A stretch of DNA of 43,926 nucleotides from Intoshia linei. Its lineage: Eukaryota > Animalia > Orthonectida. Made by a program: the position numbers and the translations under genes. Below, in pieces: positions 41,401 through 43,926 of the stretch. The stretch is from positions 1-43,926 of the forward strand of contig LWCA01000176.1 in assembly GCA_001642005.1 (NCBI GenBank), read 5' to 3'. Position 1 is the first letter of the stretch, and each line of letters starts with the position of its first letter. The notes beneath the pieces were generated by a model. That model had not been told where the DNA came from. It saw nothing but the letters and a program-made list of their open reading frames with translations, and searched no databases.

Positions 41401-42054
41401 AAATAATTCTTCTCCAAATTTTTCCAAATTCTCAGCATTAACATTACATCTTTCTTTGACAACTTTAGTTTGCTCTAGCATACGCAGTTTTCCCTCGTTG
41501 TGTAAGATTGGTAAAGAAATTTGTTTTAACATTTCAACTAGATTTGTCATAATATTACCGCTCAGAGAACCAACCATCACATATTGCTCAATATCAGTTG
41601 AATCTGCATCCGAATCATTAAAACAACGAACAAAGTAAATTAATCGAAATTTTAATAAACTTGTATCGTCATTATTAATGTTTTTTTGTTTGAATTTACT
41701 ACTTTCCACGCTATACCTTCGCATATTAGGTGTCAGTTTGACAAATGTTCCAGAATTTGATTGGTTCATCAATTCATTTACTGTTTTTTGAGTGTTTTCC
41801 AAATCTATACTTGATTTATTAAAGTTATTCGTAATGCCTCGGATTTGGTTGACATTATCATATATTCTTAATTCTTTTTCGCTCCGTGGAACCACAAATA
41901 GACGTGATAGACCCCCAGCTCCCAAAAATTCTTCAATGTTTTGCCAATTTGATGCTTCACAAAATAAATCATCTATATAATGCGTTGAAGGGAATTTATA
42001 TGATGAAAATTCGTGTTTCAATCGATCTATCAGCCATATATGCCTTTTATCCAT
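697..42054 (-). CDS. Divergent axonemal dynein heavy chain (outer-arm gamma / DNAH5-DNAH8-like); multi-exon, 3' end outside the window
   Basis: Minus-strand ORF fragments join in frame across short GT-AG introns and follow dynein domain order: MDKRH start; DHC_N1 (AGSILWSKNLIFRIEKSM); FDIRGPGKEGISP..SVNRL (gamma-type); DHC_N2 (WLEVQTLW, SLSEYINSKRLIQPRFYYV); YGYEFYG; AAA2 GRAGTGKS; AAA3 GSNAQGKS and FIDDFHLP; stalk/MTBD; AAA5 (DWPIIFD); FQRLILIRAIRPDR. Not every exon was resolved. Confidence 0.93.
2985..3530. repeat. Tandem array of ~59-60 bp units forming ~119-bp dimers
   Basis: TTTTACCAA recurs about every 59 bp, alternating CTTAAGGGAAATATCCTC and CTTATxAGTAACAAC variants. A hAT-like end (GGGAACCACTG) lies at ~3628-3638. 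Confidence 0.8.
3920..6440 (-). CDS. Dynein stalk coiled coils and microtubule-binding domain exons
   Basis: Coiled-coil ORF 5791-6153; LRNLQFPPSVVHSIMELALIVV (MTBD H1-H2); EWSNIQ...RFVDMLY; SEDALIILEYIISLVDY; NCILAAAYITF. Confidence 0.8.
6832..7414. mobile_element. hAT MITE
   Basis: TIR TA(T/G)TGATTGTG and a perfect 8-bp TSD TGTTACAA (6824-6831, 7415-7422). The 3' half is homologous to 23710-24090. Confidence 0.85.
7545..8730 (-). CDS. Dynein AAA4 exon cluster
   Basis: ILKITRTL...GNLLLMCNAGS; ALVENCQCIWIDDW (canonical PSLVNCCTIDWF). Confidence 0.8.
8893..10004 (-). mobile_element. Non-autonomous Helitron
   Basis: Minus-strand 3' end ...CTTGG..TTTGTAC-GAA-GTACAAA..CCAAG-CTAG|T. 5' TAACTTATATAAAA + GTCTG motif near 10000. 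Confidence 0.72.
9240..9783. mobile_element. pogo/Tigger-type MITE nested in the Helitron
   Basis: TA|CAGTGAGACTTGTTAATAATGAAC versus inverted GTTCATTATTGACGAGTCTGACT; right terminus eroded. Confidence 0.65.
10082..13951 (-). CDS. Dynein AAA3 exon cluster
   Basis: LFLFCLLWTYSA; IYDYYVDETGEWDPW; IIGSNAQGKS (Walker A); YGAKEGKRLTMFIDDFHLP; LIRQ; SSRLLRKF. Confidence 0.88.
11677..12598 (-). mobile_element. Internally deleted Tigger/pogo DNA transposon
   Basis: TIRs CAGTGGTTTCTG with a TA TSD on both sides. Minus-strand CENP-B-type HTH remnant ISGNKLKEKALEIA...DFKASTG at ~12015-12110. Confidence 0.88.
12947..13468. mobile_element. Tc1/mariner-pogo-like MITE
   Basis: Imperfect TIR CCGTATTCTCTCTA / TAGAGAGAATGTTG flanked by TA. 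Confidence 0.5.
14020..15318 (-). mobile_element. Helitron-like repeat (3'-truncated) with internal inverted satellite blocks
   Basis: 5' A|TCCTTTAC..GTCTGTGTGTG at 15318 and the shared GTGTGTTAACTGGATA body. 14760-14800 is inverted relative to 15150-15190. Confidence 0.65.
15440..16818 (+). mobile_element. PIF/Harbinger-superfamily non-autonomous element with transposase C-terminal remnant
   Basis: 39-bp TIRs with 4 mismatches. The remnant KRVPVEQFFGRLKKSFKIL|SGVY...DICVLLTNELI (15684-15750 + 16077-16339) matches the DDE_Tnp_4 motif RxxVExxFGxLKxxFxIL. Confidence 0.75.
17025..17936 (-). CDS. Dynein AAA2 exons
   Basis: WLEKCNQINELSNIYHGIILLGRAGTGKSTC (Walker A); MYGY...YIDG; WLSIDGDM. Confidence 0.9.
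17977..19427 (-). CDS. Dynein AAA1 region exons (degenerate ATPase motifs)
   Basis: DFEWKRNIRIY...FNYGYEFYG...VSGSQMAYKQETIK | TLAYIFGQPLVICD...IIHGATI | RGDWLLFKNI...AFFFMTP...GFRNSLIIASKL. This is colinear with dynein AAA1. Confidence 0.85.
20602..21545. mobile_element. hAT MITE
   Basis: TIR (C/A)AGGG(A/G)TGCACAAC and a perfect 8-bp TSD TATTAGAC. Confidence 0.88.
21684..22416. mobile_element. hAT-Charlie MITE
   Basis: TIR CAGTGGTTCT; TSD TTGTAGAG/TTGCAGAT (6/8 match). Confidence 0.78.
23456..24090 (-). mobile_element. hAT element fragment with C-terminal dimerisation domain
   Basis: ALMSVQPTSTQNERNFSTASNFVTERRTHLKD matches the hATC motif. It ends in the same CACAATCACTA TIR as 6832-7414. 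Confidence 0.78.
24177..27500 (-). CDS. Dynein tail end / linker (DHC_N2) exon cluster
   Basis: SFDIRGPGKEGISPTKSVNRL; CLALPSKLKKWKSF; WLEVQTLWKSFDPI; LCAVSLSEYINSKRLIQPRFYYVNNKTLLIILS. Confidence 0.88.
27635..28653 (+). mobile_element. Full-length non-autonomous Helitron
   Basis: A|TC start, hairpin + CTAG|T end, no TSD. Internal 40-bp tandem duplication at 28016-28095. Confidence 0.78.
28654..29487 (+). mobile_element. Second Helitron segment ending in a second 3' terminus
   Basis: CAGAGCTAGG...GTACAAAACAGCCAAGCTAG|T at 29444-29487; contains the ~35-bp tandem array. Confidence 0.68.
28715..28980. repeat. ~35-bp tandem repeat
   Basis: ATATTTTAAAGYGGGTTTTTA(A)GG...TTTTT repeated about 7 times. 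Confidence 0.8.
29680..31894 (-). CDS. Dynein tail exon cluster (DHC_N1 C-terminal part)
   Basis: RNSTRTAGSILWSKNLIFRIEKSM (canonical RNxPPxAGxIxWxRQL); FNSGLNTLSWSSLNI (canonical PGLxxLxWxSLNI). Outer boundaries approximate. Confidence 0.85.
31976..32446 (+). mobile_element. hAT-Charlie deletion derivative with transposase C-terminus
   Basis: TIR CAxxGGTTCTCAAC and a perfect TSD GTGTAGAT. ORF ...FSTSYMIESGFSSV...IKPIIKEL..NHQAQRLH is the Buster/Charlie C-terminus. Confidence 0.9.
32702..32964. mobile_element. Small hAT-like MITE
   Basis: Inverted ends CAGAGGTGG / CCACCTCTG; TSD poorly preserved. Confidence 0.5.
33100..34930 (+). mobile_element. Tigger/pogo DNA transposon, near full length, inactive
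   Basis: TIRs CAGTCAAACCTGxTCAATATGAA with TA TSDs. Confidence 0.93.
33325..34709 (+). pseudogene. Frameshifted pogo/Tigger transposase (HTH CENP-B + DDE_1)
   Basis: LYEWFQ; VSGEILQQKAL; IFNCDETG; KLKPLIIGKSKNPKCFK; ANQKSWMT; LLLDNAPA; FPPNTT. Several frameshifts and stops. Confidence 0.88.
35722..37577 (+). mobile_element. Non-autonomous Helitron interrupted by a hAT MITE
   Basis: 5' TAACTTATATAAAA-(GTCT)n and 3' hairpin + CCAAGCTAG|T at 37574-37577. Confidence 0.7.
36523..37466. mobile_element. hAT MITE carrying a Helitron fragment
   Basis: TIR CAGTGATTCxxAAC and a perfect TSD TTATAGTG. Minus-strand Helitron-family sequence at ~36970-37340. Confidence 0.87.
38967..39650 (+). mobile_element. 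Helitron-like repeat, 3'-truncated
   Basis: A|TCTTTTACTTATATAAAA, (GT)n(GTCT)n and the shared family body. Confidence 0.68.
40180..41317 (-). CDS. Dynein exons 2-5 (41166-41317, 40929-41108, 40661-40868, 40180-40302), start of DHC_N1
   Basis: Spliced translation ...GPIEIYNIWKNRW...ITESYCDTKDKVKYM...LTNQIVNCC matches the DHC_N1 pattern. All junctions are GT-AG and in frame. Confidence 0.85.
41368..42054 (-). CDS. Dynein heavy chain exon 1 (N-terminal tail)
   Basis: ORF MDKRHIWLIDRL...KKIKM with an upstream in-frame stop. GT donor at 41367, 50-bp intron, then in-frame continuation YLRKPSIVV at 41317. Confidence 0.85.
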
Positions 42055-42090
42055 TTCTATGTTTATTTCTTTGAAATTTGTTATTATTAG

Positions 42091-42145
42091 GTTGCGTAGA
42101 ATTTAAATTCTTACATAAAAACCGGTGTTTAGGTTTCTACGCATT
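42091..42145. promoter_or_regulatory. Pair of inverted X-box (RFX)-like motifs upstream of the dynein ATG
   Basis: GTTGCGTAGAATT (42091-42103) and GTTTCTACGCATT (42133-42145) resemble GTTGCCTAG(C/A)AAC. Confidence 0.3.
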
Positions 42146-43324
42146 TTTAATATTTAATGTGTATGTGAAAATTTGTTATTGACTAAATTAAATTATGTTA
42201 AATTTTTAAATTTTAAGAAATTCGCATTATCACAAATTTGTAGATATTCACAGAATAAATGTTAATTAATTTTTTTTAATATTTTCAGTTTCATAGTTTT
42301 AATTTTAAATTTACATATAAATGATGTATTGGTGTATGGCCTGCCCGTCGACTGACCATTGAAAAATAGGCCAAATTAAAACATATAATTTAAACCATAT
42401 TCACGTTAATCCTTTATCATTCGTATATAACCTACAGCGTTCAACTCATAATTAAGTAATTTCATTATCTATAAACTCATCCTTTATTAGATTTTTTAAT
42501 ATTTGGACAATGACAAATTACTGTAAATTGTTTAAACATGAACTACAAAAATGATTGTAATAATTGCATAAAAAAATATAATTTCAATGAATATTATAAT
42601 ATTGTAATGCCCAATTAATTGAAGAGTTGCATTGAACACTTTATATTTTAATTTAATTGATAATATTTTATATTTTAATTCTACGATTGTCGGTTTTTTA
42701 AATAAACGGTAACACACACAGACATTAATTTTTATATAAGTTTCAAACAGATTTGCTAATTTCGAAATTAGAAACGGAGACATTTCATTTTTACATTATA
42801 TAATATATATATATGCAAGTAAATCATATCTTTTTAACTTTTTGTCATGCACGATCCCATTTTAATGATATAAAAATTTTGGTACTCCACATATCATATT
42901 TATTGCTACATTAAAAATGGGATTTCAATTAATTGAAATTTCATTCACGATTTCTCATTACAAGTATTTCAATTGCTTTTCATAAAAAATATAAGTTAAG
43001 TATTGTAAATCCTTTCCATTAAATATAAATGAATTGTGAACCAAATTCAATTTTTTTTGTTTTTGGTAAAAAACAATTCAAAAATTTTTACTATTACTCA
43101 ACAAATTTTGAATTCCCGATTTTAGCAAATAGTGGAGACTCCACTGTAATATCAGTGAAGATACAAAAAAAATTAAATTTTCATAATCATTAAATTCAAA
43201 ATTTTTAATTTTCTATTAGCCGTACAGCATAAATGAGCCAACTTGTTTAATTCAAATAATAGTTGCATATTTTATATATCTGGTAAACATATGTATTTAC
43301 TATATTTATTTAAAATATTATTTA

Positions 43325-43926
43325 TCTTTACTTATATAATGTTCTACGCAATATTTATTTGTGTGTGTGTTCCACTTTATTTCAATAACTACTAGTCTTA
43401 GAATTTTAAAAATTTCATATTTCAATTAGTTATTCCTGGGGAATATAATAAGATAAATTTAAACCTCTCAAACTCACATCTTACGGGTCAAAACCCCAAT
43501 TGTCCTTTTTTTTGATAATAAACGAATTGGAGAAATTAAAAAAATATATAAGCTGATACGGATTTTAAAATAATAAACATTATCATAAATTTAAATTTAA
43601 AAAAATTATATCTTCAGAGCCAAAACCACAATGAAACAGCCCTAAAACTTAAAAAAAATTACCAGTGGTACAGTTGTATCCTGTTAAACACACAAAAAAA
43701 TCCGAATATATGACGTTTTCACGGTCAAAAAAGCATTTTAGTATTCATATACTTTTTCCAAAGTATTTTATTAAAACAAAAAATGTAAAATAATTAACTG
43801 CCGAAAATTAAAAAAACAATTATTTTGATAGAGCTTATTCCAGTTGATATAAATACAAAATTTCACTCCCACAAATCTACGCATTCCCGGTGAAAAATAA
43901 TTTTTAATACATTATCAACCAATATT
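43325..43926 (+). mobile_element. Helitron-like repeat, runs off the window
   Basis: A|TCTTTACTTATATAAT start; colinear with 27635-28370. Confidence 0.72.

Noticed and set aside
697-42054. Many short ORFs ending in TAA/TAG, suggesting separate genes, a pseudogene or an alternative genetic code
   Set aside because: The stops I checked fall inside short GT-AG introns, and the exons join in frame under the standard code.

Overview
Very AT-rich eukaryotic (probably compact invertebrate) genomic DNA. Nearly the whole window is one minus-strand, many-exon gene for an axonemal dynein heavy chain of outer-arm gamma / DNAH5-DNAH8 type. It starts at ATG 42054 and runs through tail, linker, AAA1-4, stalk/MTBD and AAA5; AAA6 and the C-terminus lie beyond position 1. 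Most junctions I translated splice in frame with GT-AG introns, usually 36-65 bp; the 38.0-40.2 kb junctions are unresolved. The motor is highly divergent: all AAA1 catalytic motifs (Walker A, Walker B, sensor I, sensor II and the AAA2 arginine finger) are degenerate, while the AAA2 and AAA3 P-loops are intact, which suggests a conserved pseudo-ATPase dynein. The few long introns (0.5-3 kb) are filled with nested DNA transposon relics: non-autonomous Helitrons, hAT MITEs with 8-bp TSDs, Tigger/pogo elements and a PIF/Harbinger-like element. No RNA genes or CRISPR arrays were found. Coordinates were read by hand and may be off by a few bases.
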